A stretch of DNA of 64,000 bases from Gemmatimonadaceae bacterium (GTDB lineage: Bacteria > Gemmatimonadota > Gemmatimonadetes > Gemmatimonadales > Gemmatimonadaceae), in the NCBI GenBank assembly GCA_044224875.1, contig JBGAJQ010000003.1, positions 47,529 to 111,528 of the forward strand, read 5' to 3'. The position numbers and the translations under genes are program-made. Below the pieces are notes generated by a model. It was not told where the DNA came from. It worked only from the letters and a program-made list of their open reading frames with translations, and did no database searches. Of this stretch, positions 20,163-31,752 are shown piece after piece; the stretch's first letter is position 1, and every line of letters begins with the position of its first letter.

Positions 20163-21341
20163 ATGCTGACGCCTGAGTCGCTGCCACGGTTCCAGAGCGC
20201 CATCGCCCAGGCCGGGCTCGATGGCTGGTTGCTGTACGATTTTCGCGGCTGCAACCCGATCGCGCAGGCCATGGCGAACGTCGGGGGGCACATCACGCGG
20301 CGGATACTAGTGTGGATTCCGCGGCAGGGGGCGCCGGTGGCGATCACGCATGCCATCGAGCAGACCATTTGGCATGCGTGGCCTAACGAGTTCGGCAAGG
20401 TCGTCTACTCATCGTGGCGAGCATTGGAGGCGGCGATCTCCGCCCTGGTACGCGGGAAGCGGATTGCCATGGAGTACTCGCCGGGTGACGCGGTGCCGGT
20501 GGTGGACCGTGTGCCAGCTGGCGTGCTGGAAATGGTGCGCGCTGCTGGCGCCGAGGTGGTGTCGTCAGGAGACCTGGTGACCGGGTTCTACGCGATCTGG
20601 ACGCCCGATCAACTCGCGTCACACGAGCGCGCCGCGGAGCACGTGGCGCGAATTGCGCGGGAGGCGATGTCGCTGGCCGGCGAACGAGCGCGCGGCGGAC
20701 GTTCGATCGCCGAGCATGAACTCCAGCAGTGGATCATGGATGCGTTCGCAAAGGTGGGCCTAACGGCCGATCATCCTGCGAATGTTTCCGTCGGCTCCAA
20801 CGCGGCCAATCCACACTACCAGCCATCGGCGGATCACGTGGTGCCCATCGAGGTGGGGAGCGTGATCCTGATCGACCTGTGGGCGACGGAACCGAATGGG
20901 ATCTATGCGGACCAGACGTACATGGGGTCGATCGGCACGCCATCGGACCGTGTGCAGGAGATCTGGCGCGCCGTGCGGGACGCGCGTGACGCGGCGATCC
21001 AGGCGACCCGAGAGCGGGCCGAGTCGCATGTTGTGGCTCGCGGCGCGGAAATCGACGACGCGGCGCGCGGGGTGATCGTGGCTCGGGGGTTTGGTGACTA
21101 CTTTACGCATCGCACTGGGCACTCGATCGACGCCCGGGAATTGCACGGCGCCGGTCCGAACCTGGATAACCTGGAGACGCGCGAAGAGCGTTTGCTGCTG
21201 CCGGGCGAGGGATTCTCGATTGAACCCGGTGTCTACATCCGCGGCGAGGTTGGCGTGCGGAGTGAAGTGAACGCCTACTACGGCGATGGGTCGCTGCTGG
21301 TCACGCCGAGTCAGTACCAGCGAGACATGTACGTGCTGTGA
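20163..21341 (+). CDS. M24 family metallopeptidase (Xaa-Pro peptidase-like)
   Basis: ANPHY, LIDLW, YADQT, HRTGHSI, FSIEPGVY, VRSE metal-ligand motifs. Confidence 0.92.
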   Translation: MLTPESLPRFQSAIAQAGLDGWLLYDFRGCNPIAQAMANVGGHITRRILVWIPRQGAPVAITHAIEQTIWHAWPNEFGKVVYSSWRALEAAISALVRGKRIAMEYSPGDAVPVVDRVPAGVLEMVRAAGAEVVSSGDLVTGFYAIWTPDQLASHERAAEHVARIAREAMSLAGERARGGRSIAEHELQQWIMDAFAKVGLTADHPANVSVGSNAANPHYQPSADHVVPIEVGSVILIDLWATEPNGIYADQTYMGSIGTPSDRVQEIWRAVRDARDAAIQATRERAESHVVARGAEIDDAARGVIVARGFGDYFTHRTGHSIDARELHGAGPNLDNLETREERLLLPGEGFSIEPGVYIRGEVGVRSEVNAYYGDGSLLVTPSQYQRDMYVL

Positions 21342-22702
21342 CCGCTCCGGCGAAGGGAGCGGATAGCGGCCACGAGCTTCGGCGCGAGTTGGGGGTGTTT
21401 TCGGCGTCCCTGATGGTGGTGGGGGGCATCATCGGCAGCGGGATCTTCTTCACCCCGGCAGAGGTGGCCAAGGCGCTGCCGAATGGGGAGTTGATCCTGG
21501 CGGTATGGGTGGTCGGCGGTGTGGTGGCCCTGGCGGGGGCGCTCTCGTACGCCGAGCTAGGGGCGATGTTTCCGGATGCGGGCGGCCCGTACGTCTACAT
21601 TCGGAAGGCGTTCGGTCCGCTGGCGTCATTCCTGTGCGGGTGGATGACGATGTTGTCGATTGCCACCGGCGCCCTGGCGGCGGTGGCGATGGGCTTTGCG
21701 GGGTACGTCGAGCGCTTTGTAGCCATCGACGTGGTGGGTGGGCGCATCGGCATGGCCGCGTTGACACTGACGGTGCTGGCGGCCACGAACTATGCCGGGA
21801 TTCGTCCCGGGGCTGCCGTGCAGAATGTGCTCACCCTGGCCAAGATCCTCGCGTTGACGGCGCTCATCGTCGGTGGACTGGTGCTGTGGTCGACGTTAGG
21901 CGCTCCGCCAGCGGTGCCGAACGCACCAGCGCCGCGGGCGTCGCTGGGGAGTGGTGCGGCGGCGGCCTTTGTGGCGGTCCTGTTCACCATCGGCGGGTGG
22001 CAGCAGATGAACATGGTGGCGGGCGAGGTGCGCGATCCCGAACGAACGATTCCGCGCGCGCTCGGCATTGGGATCGCCATCGTCATCGTGATCTACCTGG
22101 GCGCCAACGCCGTCTACCTGCATGCCCTTGGACGCGACGGACTCGCGGCCAGCGCCGCGGTCGCTGCCGATGTTGCCACGCGCATGGTGGGCCCGATCGG
22201 CGCCACCCTCATCACCGTGTCGGCCATGCTGTCCATTCTTGGGTTCGTGAACGTGGCCATGCTTGGGAACTCCCGCATGCCGTACGCGATGGCCCGAGAT
22301 GGCGAGTTTGTAGCAGCTGCCGGGCGTGTCCATCCGCGGTTTGGCACGCCGCATGTCGCCATCCTGATCATCTGGGCGTGGTCATTGCTGTTGCTCGTTG
22401 CCTCTCGTGGACGCATTGGCGACCTGTTGAGTGGCGTGGTGTTCGCCGACTGGATTTTCTTTGGATTGGGCGCCGCCAGTGTGTTTGTCCTGCGTCGAAC
22501 GATGCCCGAGGCGCGACGACCCTACCGCGCGTTAGGCTATCCCGTCGTGCCGGCGCTGTTCGTGGTGGCGGCGATGGTCGGTGTGGTCAGCGCGATCGTC
22601 TCGGCGCCTGTCACGTCCGGGCTTGGTGCCCTATTGCTCGCCGCCGGCATGATATGGTACCGGGTGTCCAAGGCGGGGTCCGGGGCGAGGCGCGGCCGTT
22701 GA
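21338..22702 (+). CDS. APC family amino acid permease
   Basis: GGIIGSGIF, YAELGAMFPDAGGPY, GEVRDPERTIPR; GTGA overlap with the peptidase. Confidence 0.92.
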   Translation: MTAPAKGADSGHELRRELGVFSASLMVVGGIIGSGIFFTPAEVAKALPNGELILAVWVVGGVVALAGALSYAELGAMFPDAGGPYVYIRKAFGPLASFLCGWMTMLSIATGALAAVAMGFAGYVERFVAIDVVGGRIGMAALTLTVLAATNYAGIRPGAAVQNVLTLAKILALTALIVGGLVLWSTLGAPPAVPNAPAPRASLGSGAAAAFVAVLFTIGGWQQMNMVAGEVRDPERTIPRALGIGIAIVIVIYLGANAVYLHALGRDGLAASAAVAADVATRMVGPIGATLITVSAMLSILGFVNVAMLGNSRMPYAMARDGEFVAAAGRVHPRFGTPHVAILIIWAWSLLLLVASRGRIGDLLSGVVFADWIFFGLGAASVFVLRRTMPEARRPYRALGYPVVPALFVVAAMVGVVSAIVSAPVTSGLGALLLAAGMIWYRVSKAGSGARRGR

Positions 22703-22811
22703 TGACACGGGAGCCGGGAAGCGTCTTGGTGTTTGTCGCGCGCCGTGAGTATCGTGTCTCTGTGCGTAGCGGACGCCAATTCCCGCGCAGTCACCGTTCA
22801 GGCAGGACTGT

Positions 22812-23042
22812 ATGCCCACCTATCTCTACGAAACCATCCCCGCTGAACCGGCGGCCCCAACGCGCCGGTTCGAGATGCGCCAGGGGTTCAACGATCCAAT
22901 CCTCACCACTGACCCGGAAACGGGCGCGCCGGTGCGACGCGTGATCAGCGGTGGGATGGCGGTAATGACCAAAGGCGAGCAGTCACTGCCGGAGCCCGGG
23001 CCAGGTTGCGGACCGGGCAGCTGTGGGTGCGGTCGCTTCTAG
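22812..23042 (+). CDS. FmdB-family zinc-ribbon-like protein lacking the CxxC pairs
   Basis: RBS agga; MPTYLY...FE..Q...D..LT..P.TG..VRRVIS; C-terminal CGPGSCGC. Confidence 0.7.
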   Translation: MPTYLYETIPAEPAAPTRRFEMRQGFNDPILTTDPETGAPVRRVISGGMAVMTKGEQSLPEPGPGCGPGSCGCGRF

Positions 23043-23174
23043 GCCGCTCCCGGCCTTGAGCAAGGTGGTTCCAGAGCCTTCCTGACTACCGCCGGTTCAC
23101 TCGGTCGTCCCACACCTGTGCGCCTGGCTTGGAACCCGTCCGTCAGCGAGCGTGACACGCGTCCACCGGCGTGC

Positions 23175-23449
23175 TCAGGACCCCTCGAGCCAGCGCCGCA
23201 CGTGATACAGCTCGGTGCCTAACGAACGTCGGTCGCCGTAGGCCGCCTCGATGCTCTCCAGCAGCTCGGCGGCGTCGATTTCGTAGTCGTCCCCTTCTGA
23301 GTTCAACGTCTCGGTCGTCCATTCCCGCACCCGGACGGTTCCGTCCTGCGGTCGACCAACCAGCAGCAGGCGCTCCAATTCTTCGCGGTCGCCGGCGATG
23401 CGAAGCGTCAGGAACTCGTCTTCGCCCAGGGAACGATGATCGGGATCGG

Positions 23450-23453
<4 letters not shown>
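23175..23453 (-). CDS. Hypothetical acidic protein
   Basis: 92-aa ORF overlapping the ctaB stop. Confidence 0.65.
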
Positions 23454-24339
<886 letters not shown>

Positions 24340-24343
<4 letters not shown>

Positions 24344-25368
24344 GCCCGCACCCGCTCGCCGTGTGCGGCCGTGGACGAATCGGGAAGCACGCCCGGCGCT
24401 CCCGATCGGCCCGAGACAACGTGCGCGGTGTAGGTCATGAAGCAGACGGCCACCCAGACGGCGGTGCCGATCGCCTCATGCACGGATCGTAATACCGCCG
24501 GGAGTTGCAGGTCGATCATGGTGACGGCTACCAGGACCTGGGCCACGGTCGTGCCAAAGGCCGTGAAGGCCAACGTAGCCAGGCCGTGCTCCCTGCGCCG
24601 CAATGTGGCGAAGGCGACGCCGAGCAGGTGGAAGAAGAGGGTGAAGGCAAAGATGCGATGCGTGAATTGCAGGTGCTGCTCTGGAGCGGAGGGCAGGATG
24701 CCTCCATCGCAGAGAGGAAAGCCGGTGCAGGCCGTGTTTGCGCCGGGAATGTTTGCGGTGAGTGCGCCCAAGACCACGGTCACGAACGCGAGGACAGCAG
24801 CGGCGTAGGCAGCGCGCGCGGCTGATGGGGCGGCGGCCCAGTGACTGGCGATGGAAGGAACCGAGGGGCGTTCGAAGGATGACGGTGAGCTGGTGGCCAG
24901 AGCGTATTTTTCTAAGCGGGGGGGGCCCCCCGCGCGGACAACCGCCACAACCAACGTCGCCAGCAGCGACATCGCGATGGCGAGATGCGTCACGATCACC
25001 GCCTTGTTCGCCAACGCCAGCCACACCGTCACCGCGCCGAACACCGCCGCCGTGATCACCAGGACCGCTGCAAGCACCAGCGGGCGCAGCACTCCGTGCG
25101 CACCACCGACGCCCGGCCGCTCCCGCCGCAGCCATGCTACCACCAACGTCACGAGGATGGCTGTCGTCAGCGTCGCCGCGAAGTATCGGTGCGAGACCTC
25201 GATGATGAGGTCCGCCCGATCGAGCGGTGGGAACCAATAGCCCTGGCATCGCGGCCAGTGCTCCCCACACCCCATACCGGAACCCGTGATGCGCACGATC
25301 GCCCCGAAGACGATGTGTCCAAATCCCAGCACCAGGGAAAGCCAGGACAGCCGTCGCAGGGCAATCAC
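24340..25368 (-). CDS. ctaA: Heme A synthase (COX15/CtaA family)
   Basis: GSGMGCGEHWPRC, EVSHR, ACTGFPLC, QFTHR, conserved His in TM helices. Confidence 0.9.
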
Positions 25369-25610
25369 CGCCGCCCCTCCGCCACCGCGGTCGTCACGGA
25401 CGACTCGTTAGGCTCACGGTACGCCGCTCGCCAACTGGCGAACAGCGTGTACCCCAGCACCAATGCAGGGAGAATCACCCAGGCGACCTCTCGGACGCGA
25501 CCGGCCCTCGTCTTCGACGCGGCCGGCGTCCGGCCCAGAAAGAGGGAGCGCACCACCATCGCCTGCGCGACAAGACAGAGCAGGGCAGCGGGCCAAAACA
25601 ACGTGGACAA
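25365..25610 (-). CDS. Small two-TM protein resembling the membrane anchor of cytochrome c oxidase subunit II (start uncertain)
   Basis: Two hydrophobic helices, the second starting EVAWVILPALVL; GTGA overlap with ctaA. Confidence 0.45.
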   Translation of the reverse strand: MSTLFWPAALLCLVAQAMVVRSLFLGRTPAASKTRAGRVREVAWVILPALVLGYTLFASWRAAYREPNESSVTTAVAEGRR

Positions 25611-25778
25611 TGCAGGGTCGAGGCGGGAGGGGAACGACAAGCAACTCGCGGCGATCAAATCAATGCAACGGGAAGCAGTGGCGAAACCCTCGATGCGCGC
25701 GGTCGAGACCATCACCCTTGCGTTCGGGGTATGTCCGCCGCATCTAGCCGCACGCAAGTCCTTTCCCTACCATAGCGT

Positions 25779-27130
25779 ATGAGCGATAACGCACCAGCCT
25801 CCGCGGCCGACCGAGCGGCAGTCAACTCCCCCGGCGCGCCACAATCACTTCCCCGGCGGATCGGACTCTGGAGCGCCATCGCGGTCGTGGTTGGCTCCAC
25901 CATCGGCTCGGGGATCTTCAGGACGCCGGCCGGAATCGCCGATCGCGTCCCGGGACCCGCGCCGTTGCTGATCATCTGGGTGCTGGGGGGTGTGGTCGCC
26001 CTCTGTGGCGCGTTGACGCTGGCGGAGGTGGCGGCGGAAATCCCCGCCACCGGAGGCTTCTACGCGTTCTTGCGCGAGGGCTGGGGACGGCTCCCTGCGT
26101 TCCTTTTCGGCTGGTCGCAGCTCACCATCGTTCGCGCGGCGGCGCTCGGCGCCATCGCCATCACGTTCGCCGAGTACTTTCTGCGCGTCCTCGGCTACGA
26201 CCCGAGGGTGGCGCCGTTCGACCGTTACTCACACTACCTGGCGGCGGTCGCCATTGCTGTCACGGCGTTGTACAACATCGTGGGTGTTCGTTCCGCAACG
26301 GCCGTAACGAACCTAACGACGCTGGCAAAGTTTGGCGGGTTGGCCTTCATCATCGGAATGGCGTTGGCCGTCGGCTTGCCGCAGACAGGCGGGCACTTCA
26401 CGCCGGCCATGCCAGTGTCACCGTGTGGGCGTACGACGGCTGGGGTGACCTCAGCTACATTGGGGGTGAGGTCACGAACCCGCAGAAGAACCTGCCGCGG
26501 GCCCTGATAGGAGGCACGCTAGCGGTGATCGCGATCTACCTGCTGGCCAACGTCGCCTACCTCACGATGTTGCCGGTGGAGGAGATGCGGACGTCCAAGC
26601 TGGTGGCAGCGGACGTCGCCGAGCGGCTCATGGGGCGTACCGGTGTCGTGTTTGTCTCGGCGACGGTGATGCTGTCCACCTTCGGCACGTTAGGCACCGT
26701 GCTTCTCACCTCGCCACGGGTGCTCTTTGCCATGGCAGCGGACGGCTTGCTGTTCCGGAAGGTCGCCGCCGTTCATCCGAAGTACCAGACCCCATACGTC
26801 GCGATTTCGCTGGTGGCGTTCCTGGGGTTGGTGTTCGTACTCATGAACACCTTCGAGAAACTGGCCGACACCTTCGTGATTGCCATGCTGCCGTTCTATG
26901 CCGGCGGCGTGGGAGCGATCTACCGCCTCCGCGCTCGCCCGGGATATGTGCCAAAGTTCCGCGCGTTAGGCTATCCGGTCGTACCAGCCATCTTCCTGCT
27001 CTCGGTCGCATACCTGTTGCTGAACCAGGTGATCGATCCGTCATCGCGGAACTGGGCCATCGGTATTTTCGTGATCATCCTGGCTGGCATTCCGGTCTAC
27101 CGGCTGACCGTCGGCAAGCCGCAACGTTAG
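25779..27130 (+). pseudogene. APC amino acid permease split by a frameshifting deletion near 26415-26425 (pseudogene or assembly error)
   Basis: Frame 1 (GSTIGSGIF...GGHFTPAMP) and frame 2 (WAYDGW...GEVTNPQKNLPR) together make one permease about 14-15 codons shorter than the intact paralog at this point. Confidence 0.8.
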
Positions 27131-27134
27131 GCAC

Positions 27135-27902
27135 ATGCCGGACGCCCGCCCCTGGGTCGTCGGTGACGCGCGCTGGCCCGCGGTGCGCGAGGCGCACTAC
27201 CACACGGCGATCCTCCCGTGGGGGGCGACCGAGGCGCATAACACGCACCTGCCGTACGCGACCGACACCATCGAGTCGACGTGGATCGCCGAGGACAGTG
27301 CGCGCCGCGCCTGGGGACTCGGCGCCCGATGCGCGGTCCTTCCAACGATCCCGTTTGGCGTGCAAACCGGACAGCGAGACATTCCGTTCTGCATCAACAT
27401 GAACCCGTCCACGCAGGCGGCGATCCTGCAGGACGTCGTGCGCTCCCTCGAGCCACACCATGTGCGGACCCTGCTGATCTTGAACGGGCACGGCGGCAAT
27501 GATTTCCGACAAATGATCCGGGAAATTCAGCCGTCGACGGCTTTGTTCTTGTGCGTCGTCAACTGGTACACATGCGTTCCAGCGGCCGAGTACTTCGATG
27601 TCCCAGGCGACCATGCGGGCGAACTGGAGACCAGCGTCGTCCAACACATCGCTCCACATCTCGTATCGCCATTGAACGAGGCGGGGAGTGGCGACGCCAA
27701 GCGGCCGGGCATTCAAGCGTTCCGTGAAGGCTGGGCGTGGGCGCCGCGTCCTTGGACGAAGGTCACGTCGGATACCGGCGTCGGTGACCCTCGGCGCGCC
27801 ACGCCTGAGAAGGGCGCGCGATACCTCGAGGCTGTATGTGAACGCCTGGCGCACCTGTTCGTCGACTTGTCGTCTATGGATCCGCGGGAGATGTACGAAT
27901 AG
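27135..27902 (+). CDS. Creatininase (creatinine amidohydrolase) family protein
   Basis: LPWGATEAHNTHLPYATD, LNGHGGN, DHAGELETS, GVGDP. Confidence 0.93.
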   Translation: MPDARPWVVGDARWPAVREAHYHTAILPWGATEAHNTHLPYATDTIESTWIAEDSARRAWGLGARCAVLPTIPFGVQTGQRDIPFCINMNPSTQAAILQDVVRSLEPHHVRTLLILNGHGGNDFRQMIREIQPSTALFLCVVNWYTCVPAAEYFDVPGDHAGELETSVVQHIAPHLVSPLNEAGSGDAKRPGIQAFREGWAWAPRPWTKVTSDTGVGDPRRATPEKGARYLEAVCERLAHLFVDLSSMDPREMYE

Positions 27903-28394
27903 GAGTCGTCGGCGACTTGGCGGGCATTGCCTTGGCAGGCGCGGGTTTCGCTGGAGCGGCTGCCGGCTTCGCGGGCGCCTTTGACAGGACGAGGTAGCAC
28001 GAAGGAGCCGGCGGAGAGATTGGACGAGGTGGCACGCGGCTTTCCAGTTTCTTGGGCTGTCTGAGTGCGCGCGGCCGCTCGATCCTCCGTGCGTGTCTTG
28101 GTCGACAAGGGGCGAGGCGCGATGGGCCGACTGCCGTCGAACGGTGCGTTCCGGCGAATCCCTTGCGTGCTTTGTGACGACACCTTTACCGACGCGCATC
28201 GACGAGGCGCTGAGCGCATAGTTATCGATGAGTGGTGCATGCCTCGTAGGTGATGCACGCACGCGACGACCGTAGGTTGCCCCACGCCGTCAAGTCGCTT
28301 GACCCCTCCCCCCGATTCCGGCACCTTTTTCACGCGCCCGCGCGTGCGATTTTCTGTGCGCGGGATCACGCGACTTCCCCCTTCGGACTAGCCC

Positions 28395-31300
28395 ATGAAA
28401 TTTTCACGTGTTGTCATTGGCGGCGCGGCAATCTTGGCAGCCGTCGCCGCATTCCATCCCCAACGATTGGTCGCGCAGGGTGTCACGACCGGGGCGGTGG
28501 GTGGTGTTGTAACTGGCGACGACGGCCAGCCGCTGGCCAACGTACAGATTCTGGTGACGAACAAGGCGACGGGCGCCTCGGCCGGCGCGCTGTCGCGGGA
28601 AAACGGGCGGTACTTGGTGCCCGGTCTCGAGGTGGGTGGCCCATACGAGGTGACGGCCCGGCGCATCGGGTTTGAGCCGCAGACGCGCGGGAACCAGTAC
28701 GTGCCGCTGAGTCAGGTGTTGAAGCTGGACTTCGTGCTGTCGCAGCGGGCCGCCGAGCTGCAGGCGCATCCCGACGTTGTCGCGCAACCTCGTCGACTTC
28801 ATCAAGCTCGTTCCACAGGCATCTGCGTCTGGGCCCGGATACTCGGGCGGCGGTATGTCGAATCGCATGAACAACGTGCAGATCGACGGCGCCACCGAGC
28901 GGGACGTCTTCGGGTTGGGCTCCACTGGCCAGCCTGGCGCTCAGGCGAACTCGAAGTCGGTGTCACTGGAAGCGGTGAAGGAGTTCCAGGTGCTGCTGGC
29001 GCCGTTCGACGTGCGACAGGGCAACTTTGGCGGTCTATTGCTGAATGCAGTGACCAAGAGCGGGACGAACCAACTGCAGGGGTCAGCGTTCTACACGTAC
29101 CGCAACCAGGACTACGGTCGCGACGTCCCCGTGCTTCGCGCCACGGCGTTCGACCGCACGATGTATGGCTTTTCGTTAGGCGGACCGATCATCAAGGACA
29201 AGTTGCACTTCTTTGTGGTGCCGGAGTTCCAGAAGGAGCACTCGCCGCTGTCTGGCCCGTTCCAGGGGCAGACGTCGAGCGCCGTCGTGCCGTTCCCGGT
29301 GTCGAACGCCGACATTTCGCGGTTCAACCAGCTGATGGGGACGCTCGGTGAGACCGCCCTGGGTTCCGCGGGTGCGGTCGAGATCCCGAATCCGCTGACG
29401 AACCTGTTTGGGCGCATCGACTGGCGGCTGAACAACCAGACGCGGGTCGTGTTCCGGTATAACTACGGCAAGGCGGACCTGCTGCGGGCCCAGAATGCCC
29501 GGAATGCCTCGCGTGTGGTGTACACCGCGAACCTGCACGACTTCACATCGACGAAGCACGCGCCCGTCATCCAGATCTATTCGAACTTCAAGAACGGCAC
29601 GTTCAATGAGATGTTCCTTGGCTATAACCAGGTGCAGGACCGACGCAATCCACGCACGACCTTCCCGCAGATCACGGTCAACGGGGTGACGCAGATCGGC
29701 AAGGACGGAGCGGTCGTCGGCAACAATGCCACCATCCTCGGTGGATCCGACCAGTTTTCGCAGGGTAACGAGTTGGACACGAAGACGTACGAGCTGACGG
29801 ACAACTTCACGATTCCACGAGGCAATCACTCGTTCGTCATCGGCACGCGCAACGAATTGGTCAAGCTGCGCAACCTGTTCACCCAGAGCTCGTTTGGCGT
29901 GTGGTCGTTCCGCAACCTGGACTCGCTGGCGGCCGGCAATGCCAACACGTTCCGCAAGGCGATCATCCTCAGCCAGGGCGGCAACGTGTACTTCGACGCA
30001 CTCCAGAGTGCGTGGTATGCCCAGGATCAGTGGCAGTATTCGCCACGCCTCTCCATCACCATGGGTGTGCGCGTCGACTACTCGAAGTTCCTGACCGACC
30101 TGGCGTACAACGCCGCGATCGACAGCGCGTATGGCCGTCGGACGGATGACATTCCTCGCAACTCACTGCAGTTCTCGCCCCGTGTGGGCTTCAACTGGGA
30201 CATGACGGGTGACCAGAAGAACCAGCTGCGCGGCGGTGTTGGGTTGTTCGTGGGAACGCCGCCGTACGTATGGCTGGAGAACGCGTACGTCAATTCCGGC
30301 AATATCATCACGTTCCTCAACTGCACGACGTCGTCGACGCCGGCGCCGGCCTTTACGCTCGACATTTCGAACATCAATGTCTGTCGTAATGGGCAGGGGA
30401 CGAAGCCGATCGGCGACGTGAACTTCCTCAACAAGAGCCTGAAGTTCCCGCAACCGCTGCGTGTGGCGTTAGGCTACGACCGGCAGCTCAAGAGCGACAT
30501 CGTGTTCTCGTTCGACGCGTTGTTCTCGAAGAACCTGAACCAGTTCTTCTTCGTCAACCGCAACCTCGCCGGTCCGCAGATGACTGACCGGTACGGTCGT
30601 ACCGTCTACGCCTCGGCGATTTCGCTCACGGGAGCGCCCACCACGGTGTTGCCGCCGGCGGTCGTGGCCAATGGTGGCGCCGCGCGCTTCAGCACGTCGA
30701 TCGACCTCGAGAACCAGAACAAGGACTACGCTTGGAGCTTCACGCCGCAGCTGAGGAAGCGATTCTCTAGCCACTGGGAAGGGAGCCTCGCCTACACCTA
30801 CGCGCGCGCCCGCGACGTCCAGAGCTTCACGTCGTCGACGCACATCTCCAACTGGCAGTTCGGCCGCACGCTGTCGACGGCACAGGAAGATCCGCTGCTT
30901 GGCATCTCCCTCTTCGATCAGACGCACAAGCTCTCGGGGTCAGGGACCTACACCTTTGAGTGGAAGAGGAACTGGGCCACGGACGTGTCGCTCTTCTATC
31001 AAGGCTTCTCCGGGAGTCCGCATGACTATGTCTACGCAGGCGCCTCCAGCACCGCGGGTGACCTGAATGGCGACGGCCGCAACGGCAATGACCTGCTCTA
31101 TGTTCCGCGCGACGCGCACAACGGCGAGGAGATTCAGTTCCGCACCATCGGCACTGGTTCCACCGCTGTCACCGCGCAAGCACAGGCCGACGCGTTCGAG
31201 AAGTTCATTCAGAACTCGGATTGCTTGAACCGCTACCGCGGGCAGATCCTCAAGCGCAACATCTGCAAGCAGCCCTTCACCAATCAGGTGGACTTGGCCA

Positions 31301-31587
31301 TTCGCCAGAGCATTCCGACATTGGCCGGCCAGCGCTTCTCGGTGCAGTTCGACATCTTCAACTTTGGCAACCTGCTGAACAAGAACTGGGGCCAGCAGAA
31401 GGTGACTGAAGCCAATTCAGGCGCCAACGCGAACGTGCCGCTGCTTACGCACGTTGGCCAGACCACGACCGATCCGCGCACCGCGGTGAACATCGTGCAA
31501 TTCAATACCAACCTGCGCGAGTACAGCGTCGGCAACTTCGCTTCGAACTACTGGAGGACGCAGGTGTCGGTGCGGTACAGCTTCTAG
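28395..31587 (+). pseudogene. TonB-dependent receptor (carboxypeptidase-regulatory N-domain, Oar-like) with a frameshifting deletion near 28765
   Basis: Signal peptide and N-domain in one frame up to QRAAELQA; plug/barrel (PTLSRN...QIDG...LEAVKEFQV...VTKSGTN...VSVRYSF) in another frame. Confidence 0.8.
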
Positions 31588-31602
31588 GTCCTGCAGAGTA
31601 AC

Positions 31603-31636
31603 AGAAAAGGCCCCGGAGCGATCCGGGGCCTTTTCT
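31603..31636. terminator. Bidirectional intrinsic terminator
   Basis: AGAAAAGGCCCCGGA-gcga-TCCGGGGCCTTTTCT between convergent genes. Confidence 0.85.
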
Positions 31637-31752
31637 CGGCGTCGCACTCGAGGTGCTCCGGCGCATGCACGGCCAGGTCCTCACTTCCCACGCACGCCGA
31701 GCTACGGATGACAGATCGGGTCCCGCGACTACGCGTTAGGCCGTCACCCGCT

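Noticed and set aside
27900..28060. Minus-strand frame reading KAPAKPAAAPAKPAPAKAMPAK (histone-like)
   Set aside because: No ATG/GTG/TTG start between the upstream stop and the repeat; probably chance or a remnant.
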